64,000 nucleotides of DNA. It comes from Eledone cirrhosa. Taxonomy: Eukaryota. Shown piece by piece: positions 44,130 through 59,512 of this stretch. A program made the position numbers and the translations under genes. The notes under the pieces are model-generated. The model had not been told where the DNA came from. It saw nothing but the letters and a program-made list of their open reading frames with translations, and searched no databases. Where the stretch lies: NCBI GenBank assembly GCA_964016885.1, contig OZ024741.1:288610001-288674000 (forward strand), written 5' to 3'. Each line of letters opens with the position of its first letter. Within the stretch, counting starts at the first letter, position 1.

Positions 44130-45175
44130 TGTATGTATGTATGTATGTATGTATGTATGTATGTATGTATGTATGTATGTATGTTTATATGTATATATGC
44201 ATGTGCCTATATATGTATGTATGTATGCATGTTTGTATGTATGTATACCTGCATGTATATAGGTATCTATCAATGTTCGTGTGTATTTGTGAGTGTGTTT
44301 GTATGTGTGAATATGTGTGTAGGTGGTTGCTAGTGCATACGTGTGTAGATAAATATGCGAAGGAATGTGAAATAACGGTGAAGGCGGGAGAAAGAAAGTG
44401 GGGGGCGGGTAGAGAAAGATATAATATGACAGACAGTGAAGCAATTAAACTGACAACAACAACAACAACAACGAAAACAACAACAACAATTACAACAACA
44501 ACAGTTCAAACGAGAACTTTAACAACTGGAATATCACAAATTAAGTAGGCATATTAAGTATTTTTCATAGCATTAAGTAAACATTTGGCGCTTTCTTTAC
44601 CAGTCCGATCTTCGCTGAGATGATACGCTAACAAAACAGATATGAAGTGCGATCGTTACAAAGCATTGAGCAGGAGCATTCGTGCCCGAATATCTGCGAA
44701 TATTAAAAATATAGTACACACACACACACGCACACACACACACACATCCACACAAATACATGTACGAGTACAAACATATATGTCAAGAGTTTAACATAAA
44801 TGAAATAGGGCACTCAATATAGATGTTATATATATATATATATAATTAGTTAGAACAGTGGCATATACAAGTGCTTAGGTTTCGTTGGGTTATACACCCA
44901 ACTCATTCAGCCTGTTATATAAAGAAAATGTCTACTTCCACAGGTTGATTTAGAAAATACGAGAGAGTTCTTCAAGGGCAGGTAATTTAGGATTTAGCTA
45001 TAAATAATCAAAACGTTTAGATAGTGTAAAACCACAACGGTGGGGAACTTGTGAAAAGTTAGTAATTCAAAGAAATTAATTAAATTCCTTGAAAATTATA
45101 TTAGTTACTCTGGTCCATTTTCTCAGAATGAATTTCGCTTCGTGTGGGGAGCGACGATATATATATATATATATA

Positions 45176-45415
45176 TCGTAGCAAAAGCTTGGAATAGAAT
45201 AGGCAAGGGTTTAGAGCACTCAGTCCGTATATGAGTTATGTATAATCAGTTCTCAACAGTGGTATTATCCATATACTCGGGTTTCGATGGACTTAACTAA
45301 TTCAATCTAACATATTGTTGCAAAGTAACTCCATTACAACATGGCAGATTGAATGAGTTGATATTAATCCCAAAGAAACTCGAGTATCTGCGTAATGCCC
45401 CTGTTATGAACTGAT
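45176..45415. mobile_element. Old fold-back element with hammerhead 3' half and tail
   Basis: Imperfect arms at 45246-45312 and 45345-45415 containing GAAAC-TCGA-GTA; tail with CTGAGTGCTC on minus; flanked by (TA)n. Confidence 0.55.
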
Positions 45416-45788
45416 ATATATATATATATGTATATATATACATAATGTATGAGATGAAGTGAATATCTGGAGCTGGTCCTAATATGAGCACTTGATACAC
45501 ATGCTGAGTGTATATCATAATAAGAAAAACGATGAAGTTTCGTTGACATGTATTTATGTTTTTATTGTGTATCGAAATGTTACGCGCGTTTCGAAAATGA
45601 TTTGCTCAAGATCACCCATGGAAGTTATGGACCCGACTCCAGCATCGATCTGCTCATCTGATTAATGACTCAACAAAATATGAATTACTTGTGGTGATCG
45701 GTGAAATGTTGGGTATATATAAACATCAACTCTATTTTTGAGTGGGTGTGTGCGTATGTAAATGTTTGAGTGCTCAGGCATGCCTACA

Positions 45789-45820
<32 letters not shown>

Positions 45821-45822
45821 CA

Positions 45823-45929
<107 letters not shown>

Positions 45930-47310
45930 ACACTACGACTTCTTGTGTTTATATTCGGACTACCGTTATGTGTGACTAGCGAGAGACTAATCTTTGAAAG
46001 TTGGAGTTAGTTGAATATGAATTGTGATCCGGCGTTGATGAATTATAGAACCACACTCAAGGCAAAGTGCAGCACTGTATATTGACCTCCCGCCGACCCA
46101 GGAGGGGTCACACCCGACTGTGAATGGATTGCAACCTCCGGAGTCAATAATCTAAACGAAAACCACGTGGCGGAAATATAAATAACATACCCGTCATTGA
46201 CAGGTTTGGTTGTGAGTTCTCTCTTCTATATATATATATATATTCTACAGAAATGTGCACTCACTAAAATAAACCCGCCTATTGTTATAACAATATCTGC
46301 TCATTCTGCCATATGTGATTCTGGAAGCGGAGTTTCCTATATACACTTTTTCTCTATATGTAACGGGATAGCCATCACGATTTGAATTTACTGTGGTACA
46401 GTTGTATGCGGTACGATACACTGGTTGAACGCCAACTTGGACATACAGTGAATTTCACCTGGCACGTTGGATTGAGCGACCGAACGTGAGGAGTTTGGGG
46501 AATGCCAGTTTCTGCGTACCTGGCGTGTTTTCAATTTCCTCACATCTGTGCCGGCTGTATATGTACCATACATTTCTTTAACTCGTCGTACTTTCTTTTA
46601 TTTTTTATTTTAGATTTTAGGTGTATATCCCAGACCGCCTATGGTGATAAATCCCCTGGGTATAGGTTTTGGAAAAATAGTGTTATCTCACTTAACGTTC
46701 GGAACTGAACACATCGATGTGGTTCGTAGAGTGTGGATATAATAAGGAGACTGTTACAAGGCGATATAATTGGAGTACACCATCCCTCATATGGACTATC
46801 GTACATGTAAGGCTGTACCACTGCTAACCAACTATTCTTTTCACAGACTCATGCTTGCAAACTCTCATAATCTGCCTGTACACCATGATTTTGCACAGCT
46901 TTTGCTTTGATGTATCTGTGCTCTGCTTTGTCTTATATTTTGGGGGGTTTCCAGGCTTTTTGTTCCTTTATTGTTTTGTATTTTTATATTTATCTCTTTT
47001 CTTATCCCTGTATTTTTGTACTTTTTTATTATTATTTTTTTTATTATTTTCTTATTGTTTCTGATCATGCTGCGTAATACCCTCACTCATCCCTCGCTAC
47101 CCTCTCCCAACCTCTTTATCTTCTATTGCACCATTTAAGTGATAACTTTTTAGTGTAATCTTAACATTTTAAAGACATTTTGTGACATTATGTGAATCAT
47201 GTATTCTGTATTTTTCCATATAGCGCTGGCCTCGGTACCCCCCTGCTGGTCCTTTAACCTTGTTCTGGTGACGCAGCTCGATGGAGCATGCAACTACTGA
47301 TATAGTCGTG

Positions 47311-47369
47311 TTTATAGACTCTGATGATTCCTGCGATGGTGTACGGATGAAACACTGTTAGCTAATAAA
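47311..47369 (+). ncRNA. Type I hammerhead ribozyme near the end of a 1.2-kb TA-flanked island
   Basis: TTTATAGACT-CTGATGA-TTCC...GGAT-GAAAC-ACT-GTT-AGCTAATAAA; core intact, stem I imperfect. Confidence 0.65.
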
Positions 47370-47476
47370 ACAATGTATTTCTAAGCACTTTTTGGTTATC
47401 CCTATAACTATATATATATATACATATATTTATATATATATAAACAAAGACAAACACACACACACACATATATATT

Positions 47477-47524
<48 letters not shown>

Positions 47525-47557
47525 CACACACAAGTAGACATGCCTAGGCAATCAAAC

Positions 47558-47667
<110 letters not shown>

Positions 47668-47875
47668 CTCGATATGATAAAGTTATATATATACAGCATA
47701 GAGGTAACCAGTACTGCTTCATGGTGTGCATACATTAACTTTTCACGTTATTAGTATATAGACTTGTAAACGTGCATTATACACATATATTCCTTAAAAT
47801 TAAAAAAAAAAAAAGATACGGACCTTCAATCGATTTTCGAATGTAGATATGTTTTTTATCACAAGGCGTGTGTGT

Positions 47876-47967
<92 letters not shown>

Positions 47968-47980
47968 GTATATATATTTT

Positions 47981-48165
47981 CTAGGGCGGGTAAAATTCCC
48001 GAGATCCATGGACGAGTTTTCTCCAGCGGCGTCTGTCTCTCATTATCGCTGCCATGTCCTGCGTCTCCAACAGACTAGTATCTGTCCTTAGGGCATCAAC
48101 ATACCTTAACTTTGGTCTTCCTCTTCCAGTGTGACCATGTAGGGGCTCCCACAGGAGCACATCTT
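47981..48165 (-). pseudogene. RTE-clade LINE ORF C-terminus
   Basis: [31 protein letters not shown]...[15 protein letters not shown]...stop, the typical RTE C-terminal signature; flanked by (TA)n. Confidence 0.8.
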
Positions 48166-48193
48166 TATATGTATATATATATATATATATATA

Positions 48194-48274
<81 letters not shown>

Positions 48275-48276
<2 letters not shown>

Positions 48277-48329
48277 GGATTCCTGATGATTTCTAATGAA
48301 TGAAACAGTTCTAGTCCTGTAGAATCTCT
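48275..48329 (+). ncRNA. Type I hammerhead ribozyme (family C)
   Basis: AGGGATTC-CTGATGA-TTTC-TAAT-GAAT-GAAACAG-TTCTAGTC-CTGTA-GAATCTCT: 8-bp stem I, 4-bp stem III, GUA triplet; element extends to about 48412; relatives at 4863, 16645, 19351 and 54581. Confidence 0.82.
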
Positions 48330-48409
48330 TCTATATTAAAACTGTTATACTCTGCTATGTATTGAGTACCTTACTTACTGTGGTTACCTCCGATTCAACC
48401 CGGAATAAC

Positions 48410-48463
<54 letters not shown>

Positions 48464-48467
48464 TATG

Positions 48468-48847
<380 letters not shown>

Positions 48848-48961
48848 TGTGTGTGTGTAAATATAAATATGTATCAATTTACTGCCAACATATGTTTATG
48901 CTATGCAAATTAGTGCGGTCATTTTAGGATGCTATTATAGGTGATAACCTATTTATGGCTG

Positions 48962-48995
<34 letters not shown>

Positions 48996-49254
48996 GGCCA
49001 AACTGTGAAACGTAAGGTTGCGCAATAGTTTTCGTATACTAGTATATTTTCAATCCTCCCCCTTTTTCTGTGTATATATATATATATGTGTGTGTGTGTA
49101 TACATACATATATATATATATAAATATATATATATATGTGTATGTGTGTGTGTATACATATATGTGTGTGTGTGTATGTGCACACATACATACTTGTATA
49201 TATATATATATATATATATGTGTATATGTATATATATATGTATGTATATATTAC

Positions 49255-49350
<96 letters not shown>

Positions 49351-49576
49351 GTGTGTATATATATATATATTAAGGAATGCCTGTGTTTACTGATGAAAAT
49401 AATTATCGGTCAAGAATTTACATATGTTAATTATCGAAAATATGCGTTGTCATCTCTGACGTCACTTTTTAATATTACTGCAGGGCGCTATAAGGTCAAT
49501 GGGTACATTTTAATAAATAACTCCTATATACTGTTGTATACATGTATTCACGCATATGCGTACATATATAGGTAAA

Positions 49577-49665
<89 letters not shown>

Positions 49666-49814
49666 ATATATATGTATATGTATATGTATATATATACATA
49701 TACATACATACACATGCACAAAAGTTATCTATATATACGAGAAATCATTGGGTGAGGTAAACAAGTACAATGTGTGAGGTGGTCGTTGTCATTATCGGAA
49801 GTTTGAGTGCAGAT

Positions 49815-49907
<93 letters not shown>

Positions 49908-49910
49908 CAC

Positions 49911-50107
<197 letters not shown>

Positions 50108-50239
50108 TATATATATATATATAAGGAATGTCTTGAACGTTGAATTTAAAACAGTATACGAGTGTTCTATACGTTAATTGCATACACGAGCACGCTTATC
50201 TAAACGCATATACGTACATATATACACACAAACATACAT

Positions 50240-50282
<43 letters not shown>

Positions 50283-50287
<5 letters not shown>

Positions 50288-50371
50288 TGCCCCCCCCCCA
50301 AAAAAAAAATGTATACACACTTCAACAGCCCTCTAATAAACATGTTTATACATTTTGGGGGCACAATCCCG

Positions 50372-50373
<2 letters not shown>
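50283..50373. mobile_element. Small Tc1/mariner-type MITE
   Basis: TACAGTGCCCCC...AAAATGTATACAC versus GTTTATACATTTTGGGGGCAC inverted termini in TA context. Confidence 0.5.
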
Positions 50374-50444
<71 letters not shown>

Positions 50445-50640
50445 ATATATACACGTACTTGATAAAGTCTGTCTCTTCCCCATTTGGTCGAGGTTGCGGT
50501 GCGGTCAGGTAAGCCGACGTTTAGAAGATGGGTGGTCTGCATCTACTTTACAGAATTTGATTGTGAGTTCGGTTTGGTTTGGTAGGAGCCATGAGTCCAG
50601 GTTAGAGTTCGGCTTAATATGTATGTATGTATATATATAT

Positions 50641-50746
<106 letters not shown>

Positions 50747-50868
50747 TTATATATATATATACACAGTTCAAGAGTAAAAGAGAGATGGAGACAGGAGATC
50801 TTTTAATAATGTCTTCCTTGTGAAATTTGTGGTCTTGTTTTGCTTAACTAATGAATATATATATACAC

Positions 50869-50956
<88 letters not shown>

Positions 50957-51046
50957 ATATATCTATATATATGTATGTAAAAGGTAAGCAGAAATAACAA
51001 CACAATCGGTACAGTATATGGAAGGAACATATTAGGTTATATATAC

Positions 51047-51098
<52 letters not shown>

Positions 51099-51121
51099 TG
51101 TTCCTATAGCAATCCCCATTC

Positions 51122-51159
51122 CGAGCTGAGGATCCGCTAAGGTGAAACAATTGTTCTCG
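51122..51159 (+). ncRNA. Minimal type I hammerhead ribozyme (family B)
   Basis: CGAG-CTGAGGA-TCC-GCTAA-GGT-GAAAC-AATT-GTT-CTCG; intact core and palindromic ACAATTGT. Confidence 0.8.
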
Positions 51160-51186
51160 TTATGGTGAACTAACTGTTGTGTAACC

Positions 51187-51290
<104 letters not shown>

Positions 51291-51903
51291 GAATAATCGA
51301 GTATCGGAAAATCAGCTCACGAATTAACGATAAACAATATCCGATATGAGTGGAAGAGGGCTCAATAATTTGGATAAATCAGAGCTATAACTATCGTTAA
51401 ATTACCAACACATAGAGATTATGCCTAAAATCACCCGTACAGCCGAAAAAGAACGACCAGGAAGATTCGGGTCGCTCAAATAAAATATCAATAAATCAAT
51501 AATTTAAATGAATGTAAAAAACTTACCCGGACCCGCTAGAAGGGTGTTAAATCTAGCTTCTTGGGTTTCTGCAATTCCTTAATCCGTTCACTATCAGCCC
51601 ACATAAAAATATATAAAACTTCTAGAGAAGGAGTGGACCGGAAGAGCTTTATCAACGGGTTCCGTCCGATAATAAAGAAGTGACCTTTAGCCAGACACGC
51701 ACATGGTGCCCAGCAAGGGAGATAACCTCTATATTAGCGAAAAAAATTTCGGTAACGTGGAAATCATGTAGGAATACAAAATATCACATATTGAATCAGA
51801 GTGCTCAATAGACATGTTAAAATAAACAGGAGCTATTCATCAGTCAATAGAATCGACAAAAAATGATCAATAAAATTAACTGGTCAATAGCTAGGTCTAG
51901 AGC

Positions 51904-51998
<95 letters not shown>

Positions 51999-51999
51999 G

Positions 52000-52097
<98 letters not shown>

Positions 52098-52098
<1 letters not shown>

Positions 52099-52270
52099 AA
52101 CACAACAGTTAGTTCACCATACCGATAGCAATTGTTTCACCTTAGCGGAGCTTCAGCTCGTACTGGTCATGGTTATACGGAACAGGAAGAACAACCATAT
52201 GAACGCACATGCGCAGAAACGGTCCATTCACCCAAGCGATACAGAGCCACGGGCGAAAGGTGTAAGGGAG
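52098..52270 (-). mobile_element. Family B copy, minus strand, decayed hammerhead
   Basis: 52098-52197 is the reverse complement of 7494-7590. Confidence 0.75.
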
Positions 52271-52299
52271 ATATATATATACATACATATATATATATA

Positions 52300-52726
52300 G
52301 GATAAATTAACGGAGCCATAGACTCTCGTTATTCCCTGTAAATAAGGTGCTCAAAGGAGAGGGAATCCTGAGCTCTTTAAAATAAAATATGTTGAAAAGG
52401 TAACACACTAGAGAGAACTAGTGCGCCATCAATAAAACAGGAAAAAACCACCAGTGTTTGGAATCTATAACCCATGAAAGGAGAGTAGACACACGATAAT
52501 TAAAAGTATAAATTAAAGTGTAAATACATACCTCTATAACTATATAACACACGTACAAATCCAAAGAGATCTATTTCGTATGTATTTACATTTTAATTTA
52601 TATTTTTAATTATCGTGTGTCTATTTCTGCCTTTCATAGGTTATAGATTCCATACACTGGTGGTTTTCCCTGTTTTATTGATGGCGCACTAGCTCTCTCT
52701 AGTCTGTTACCTTTTCAACATATTGT
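52300..52726. mobile_element. Fold-back element with about 145-bp arms and tail
   Basis: 52386-52531 versus 52578-52724 are imperfect reverse complements; tail 52300-52385. Confidence 0.75.
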
Positions 52727-52738
52727 AAATATCTATAT

Positions 52739-52798
52739 AACGAAGGAAGAGTGGTAAGGGACCAGATGGACCATAACGCACCAGAGCACTCAATACTT
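52739..52798. mobile_element. Family A tail only
   Basis: AACGAAGGAAGAGTGGTAAGGGACCAGATGGACCATAACGCACCAGAGCACTCAATACTT. Confidence 0.8.
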
Positions 52799-52814
52799 AT
52801 ATATATATATATAT

Positions 52815-54060
52815 AGTAATAATAATAAAATTGAAGACTAAAATTCAAAGAGGGCTCGATAAGGAAAATATTTATCAAATATATAAGAACCGTAGAGCAA
52901 ATATTTATTCAAATAACAGATTAAAGTTTAAGCAAAGAATCGCTGCTTTCACCCTTAACGGGATCTTCTGAAACTAACAAAGTCAATCTGTAAACGCAGA
53001 ACTGGTTATTTAAAAAAACGTTGCAACCGGAGGAAGACAGGAAGACGATACTTTGGTTCGTGGTATCGTTCGCTGGCAAAGAACGGGAAAAAACGAATAT
53101 AATACGTCATTAATAGGAGCGGTGAAAAACAATTACGCGCAAAGACAGAACCACGTTTATGGTATAAAAGAGGTCGTAGGCTAATGTTCTCTAAGTGGTG
53201 CATAGAGACGTTCTCTGGCAATGAACGAAAAAACGAAGATAATAAGTCATATGTGGAGCGTGGAGAACAATAGCACGCAAAGACAAAACCACGTAAATGG
53301 TATAGCAGAAGTTGTAGACTAAAATTCTAACTAGGAGACCAAATGAATCTCCGCTACAGAGTTAAGAACAAAGTAAATAAATACAATACAGAAGTAATAG
53401 GAACAAATAAATACATACACGCAAACAGATACGTACATACACAAGCATACGCAAAACCTTAGCATGGCTATACAAAACCACGCACATATAAATATGTGTG
53501 TGTGTGTATGCTTGTGTACAAATAAATAAATAATTATATAAACGTATATAAGTAAATAAATACGTATATAACAAGCGCACACACATACCTACAAATAAAT
53601 ACACGAATGTTCGGAGACATAAGTCAACTAAAACAAGAAGTACACATATACACACACCCACCATACGTACGAACCTGCATACTCACGCAGACGCAAAACT
53701 CCCGTATACACATAGCCAAACCCTAAATGCCAGAATATATAAAAATTATACGCCATAACAGTCAAATATACGTACGAGAAGGTATACATACCTTCACAAA
53801 ACATACGGGTAATATCTGTCTTTGCGCGTAATTGTTTTTCACCGCTCCTATTAATGACGTATTATTCGTTTTTTCCCGTTCTTTGCCAGCGAACGTCACC
53901 ACGAACCAAAGTATCGTCTTCCTGTCTTCCTCCGGTTGCAACGTTTTTTGAAATAACCAGTTCTGCGTTTACAGATTGACTTTGTTAGTTTCAGAAGATC
54001 CCGTTAAGGGTGAAAGCAGCGATTCTTTGCTTAAACTTTAATCTGTTATTTTAATAAATA
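52815..54060. mobile_element. Fold-back element with about 245-bp near-perfect arms, 670-bp spacer and tail
   Basis: About 52902-53148 versus 53816-54060 are reverse complements; tail 52815-52901; no ORF. Confidence 0.85.
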
Positions 54061-54071
54061 TATATATATAT

Positions 54072-54137
54072 ATAGGAAAATGTTTGACCTCGTCGAAACG
54101 TCTTGAGCTCTGCCGTCGGGGTCAAACATTTTCTTAT
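54072..54137. mobile_element. Minimal family A fold-back remnant
   Basis: ATAGGAAAATGTTTGACC...GTCGAAACGTCTTGAGCTCTGCCGTCGGGGTCAAACATTTTCTTAT. Confidence 0.75.
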
Positions 54138-54368
54138 ATATATATAGATATTTCATTTCTTCTTTTTGATACCGATACTCTGCGATCTTTGTTATTCTTC
54201 AACTATGCTTTTCTTCAACTGACACAATCTCTCATTCGAATTACGATATCACATCAAGTTTACACCACCATTTACTACAATCCAACCTACAACCATACCT
54301 ACATATATACATACATACATACATACAAACAAACATACATATATCTATCTATCCATCTATATCTACTC

Positions 54369-54415
<47 letters not shown>

Positions 54416-54518
54416 CACATAAACACACAAACACATATATATTAATAAAAGATCGGAGGCCATATTCACAACCGAGAGACCATAATGTGATCAGCTCATC
54501 CCTTTTCTGTTAACTCCA

Positions 54519-54580
<62 letters not shown>

Positions 54581-54705
54581 TCTTGATTTCTCCCGAATGA
54601 AACAGTTCTAGCCCTGTAGAAGCCATTTCTATATTAAATTTGTATACACTGCTATGTATTGAGTACCTTACTTACTGTGTTTACCCCGATTGGGGCCGGG
54701 ATAAA

Positions 54706-54708
<3 letters not shown>
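54581..54708 (+). mobile_element. Family C fragment (hammerhead 3' part plus tail)
   Basis: Colinear with 48288-48412. Confidence 0.75.
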
Positions 54709-54749
<41 letters not shown>

Positions 54750-55659
54750 AATATGTTTTTGTCTGTTTGTCTGCAATACACTTAAAAACCAATGGACCAA
54801 TCATGGTATGTGAGTTCCCTAAACTTATAAATAGGTTTTGCTCACACTTGGACCTCTATTCATGTGTTTATATGTTTGTTTGTTTGTCAATCTGTGGTCG
54901 TCTTGAGTTACCGTCTTGACTATGATGGAAAATAGAGAGAATCAAGAAGTGAGAATTTGAGAGAAAGTCAACTACCGTGAAATTAAGTAGAGCGCTGAAA
55001 GTTAAAGATGGTACTAAGCAGGTTAGTGGGCAATGCATGAAAGAAGAGATAAAAAAAGCAAAGAAAGTGAGCGACATGCTTTCAACATAATAGTCTATAG
55101 GAAAGCAACACATAGACACTTTCTTCTGTTTTGAACGCCCCCCCCCCTCCCTTTCTCTTCTGCATGAATGGAGATGCGATTAAAACAAGTGAGCGATACA
55201 CATTTAATCAACATGAAGCAACAACGCACGCCTGCTCTAATATCCAAATCTGCTCTCCTCCCTATCGACTGCACCACATTTTGTCATACATTCTTTATAT
55301 TCATAATATATATATTTATAATATATATTTATGATTATATATTTATGATTATATATATATATATATTTTATTTATTTTTTTTTCATTTATATATATATGT
55401 ATATATATATAATTATACGCAATATTCTATCTATACTTATCAGACAAACCTGTGGAGAATTCGAACATCAGAACATTACATTGGATAATAGATTTTACTT
55501 CGGTTTGATTAGTCGAACTGGCATGAAGGAGAACGTCTACTCTAATTATTCTTTCTCTTCCTCTTGCTTTACCTCATGTTTTTATTGCGTATAGTAATAT
55601 TCATATATGGCTGGAGTCTCATACACACACACACACACACATATACACATACACACACA

Positions 55660-55694
<35 letters not shown>

Positions 55695-55974
55695 GTACAG
55701 CAGTACACTTACTTTGGATATTAAGTTATATAATCTCTGTTAATACAATGTGTGTATGTAACTCATTTATATTATATCACGGATTTAAAGTGCAATTAAC
55801 TTCGCGACAGAAACATTTAACTCTCTCCCTCTCTCCCCCTCCCCCTCTCTCCTCCTCTCCTTCTCACCCCTCTCCCTCTCTCCCCCTCTCCTTCTTCTCC
55901 GCACACAATAACAATCGCATATAGACACGTATGCACATGGTATAGACATGATATGCTCGTGTTTGTGCATTATG

Positions 55975-57262
55975 TGTACGCATGTATGTATGTATGTGTG
56001 TATGTATGTATGTGTGTATGCATGTATCTATGTGTGTATGTATGTATGTATGTGTGTATGTATGTATGTATGCATATATGCATATATGTATGTATATCTG
56101 TATGTATGTGTGTATCTATGTGTGTATGAATGTGTATAAACGTATGTATGTATGTATGTATGTATGTATGTATGTATGTATGTATGTATGTATGTATGTA
56201 TGTATGTATCTATATGTGTATGGATGTGTATAAACGTATGTATGTATGTAGGTGAGTATGTACGTACGTATCTATGTATGTATGTATGTATGTATATATG
56301 CATGTATATATGTATGTATGTATCTATATGTATGTATCTATATATATGCATGTGTGTTTACACATCCATCCATATATATATATACATTAATCCATCCGTT
56401 CATATATACTCATATCCTCGCATACATACTTATATATACATTTGTATACACTTGCATGTGCGATCATATTTACATACTTATCCACACCCATCCACATATA
56501 CATGTACATACATATATACACGCATAGGTACATAAACATAAAGACAAATGTACTCTTATACATATAGATACATAAATACATACATACATACATTTATACA
56601 CACATACAGAAAAGCATTTATACACATTCATTCACACATAGGTACATACACAGACACACACATATATATATATACACATACATACATACGTGCATACGTA
56701 CATACATACATGTGTACATGCATACGTACACATGCTTATATACATACATATACATATAAATACATACATTTATACATACACATACATACATACATTTATA
56801 CGCACATACATATATACATACATACATATATACATACATACAATTATACATACATACGCACATACATAGATAGACACACATACACACATACATAGATACA
56901 TACATACAGTCATACATGCATTTATACATCCATACATACATAGACACATACATACACACATACATGCATAGATACATACATACACACATACATGCATACA
57001 TACATACATACATACATACATACATACATACAGTCATACATACATACATACATACAGTCATACATACATTTATACATACATACATACATACATACATACA
57101 TACATACATACATACATACATACATACAGTCATACATACATTTATACATCCATACATACATAGACACATACATACACACATACATGCATAGATACATACA
57201 TACATACATACATACATACATACATACATACATACATACATACATACATACATACATACATT
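55975..57262. repeat. (TATG)n switching to (CATA)n compound tract
   Basis: Seen directly. Confidence 0.92.
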
Positions 57263-57801
57263 TCTACATAGAACCATGATTGGATTAATTAAGCCAGAAG
57301 TTAAGAGCTAATTTAGCCTTGTTGATTTCATTATCGTCTTTGAGTTTGTCTCGTTAGTCGGCCATTATTAGCCATTACTTTTAACTAGTTTAAGTCTTCA
57401 TTTTACAACGGAAACAATATGAGTTCGTGTTAGAACTGATCTCACACAAATTGCCTTCCTCCATCGACATACTGGTAACAGGAATTTCTCATTTCGTTCA
57501 CTTTTCCTACCCTCATACCATCAGACTCTTCATAGTGTTCATACCATCCCCCTAACCACAACCTCACACTTACTTCCATCCATTCCGATTCTCACGTCCA
57601 ATATTTACTCTTTAACTCTTCTGCTACTTCCTTATAATCTTTTTCTTTCTATCTTGTCAATACAGTACACGCACGGTACGTATAATCACATGAGCCCGCA
57701 CACTGTATATCTACTCACATACACGCACACACTCACAGACACACACAGAATACACGCACGCACACACATACACATACATAAACACCCCCCCCCCCCCCCC
57801 A

Positions 57802-57832
<31 letters not shown>

Positions 57833-58723
57833 TCGTACACACCCACGCACACGTACACATGTACACATGTAAGTACACAAATGTATAAGCTTATCCCCTT
57901 TTCTTTCGCGAGTAAAAGAATCTCCCCCATCCAATGAACAAAGTGCCATTCTATCTCAGGATTAAACTCCTTGTTGCGATTGGTACTCATTTTCATCTGT
58001 GTGGACGGGACACATAATCACATTCACACATGCACACACACACACGCGCGCGCGCGTACACAGCAGGCTCTTAATGTGTTTCATAGTGTATTCCATTGAA
58101 GGAGATACTTCTAGATTCAAAGGTTGGAATAAAGTTGTCTCCGCCATGTCTATAGTAACTGTATATTTTGGAGAGACTATTACAAAATCGTTAGAAAATC
58201 GGGTAAAATACTATTAGGGGCTGAAAACAAGTGGCCGATTGTAGGATTACTGGAATATTTATAAATTCCCAGGCAAAAATGTCAGCTAAGTGAAGACTGA
58301 TTTACATAAACACAAACATACAGACACATTTCATACATACTAGAAAACATGCACATATGCATACACAAACAAGGTTATTTGACTGTGAGAAGTTGTGGTA
58401 TACACGACCCGCTTACACTAAATGAGCAATTCTCTTGAAGAATTCAGGGATTTGCTATAAATTTAGTATATGCCCATTGTTGAGAAGACTTTAATTATTT
58501 CCACAGGAAATGGCAAGATACAATAATAATAATAAAACAACAACAATAAGGGTTTCTATATAGTGGTGAACTGACGGGAAGATAATAACTAAAAAGGCAA
58601 GTTGATGATAGAAGTAGAAAACATGAAGATGTATTATGTGAACTTAATGCTTCCTGTGTGAAGTTGTACAATATACCAATTCAGGAGAGATTAAGGACTT
58701 GCAAGGGTTTCAACAACAACAAT

Positions 58724-58870
<147 letters not shown>

Positions 58871-58934
58871 AGACATTCGTCTAGTTTTCGGGTATTACTG
58901 ATGTTTGGAGTTTTGTTGAACAGCTATTATAACG

Positions 58935-59512
58935 TGTAGGACGGATCCGGTTATCGACCGACTCCATCGTGAAGATTACTACGCCATGTTGTGTTGGCCT
59001 GGAAGGACAAGCAGTTTTCCTGTCTGGTGGCTGTAACTAAAGAGGTCGTATGGTACACGCAACTAAAAGGTCTCAAGCAGACACTTTTTCTCTTCGGACA
59101 AGCCCTCAACAAATATTTCAAGTTCCACGGGGAAAGGAAGGTGATTGTGGAGAGGGAAGTGCTGCTCCTCATTACATTTGTTAAAGAGTGGGTGAATGTA
59201 GCGAGGATGGCTTGAGTGAATATGCCTACTCTAAGCATGCGCCTGTAGACTGAAAAGACTAAAGAAGAGGAGGGCACCATCCTATGATGCTCTTAGTGAT
59301 TAGGGTGGTTTCGGATCTGTAGCGTTCCTAAACTACCCCTGGGTGATGCTCCCCACTTATTCTGGAAGTCTGTTGTTATTTATTTATTGTTAATAGTTAC
59401 TTCTTTTATTTGTTCACACGTTTTAAACATTATTTGTAAATCCGCCACTGTCCTTGTTTTTTTGTATTGTACTTTATGTTTCGACCCTTGTGGCCCATAA
59501 AGAAATAATTAA
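58935..59512 (+). mobile_element. 3' end of a Tx1/L1-clade LINE (ORF2 C-terminus and T-rich 3'UTR)
   Basis: CLVAVTKEVVWYTQLKGL...YFKFH...EREVL...FVKEWVNVARM resembles the K..IW..R...F...W L1/Tx1 C-terminus; followed by a T-rich UTR ending in CATAAAGAAATAAT. Confidence 0.55.

Noticed and set aside
49390-49450. CTGATGA...CGAAA with AT-rich pairing
   Set aside because: No stem III/NUH site or stem I; likely chance
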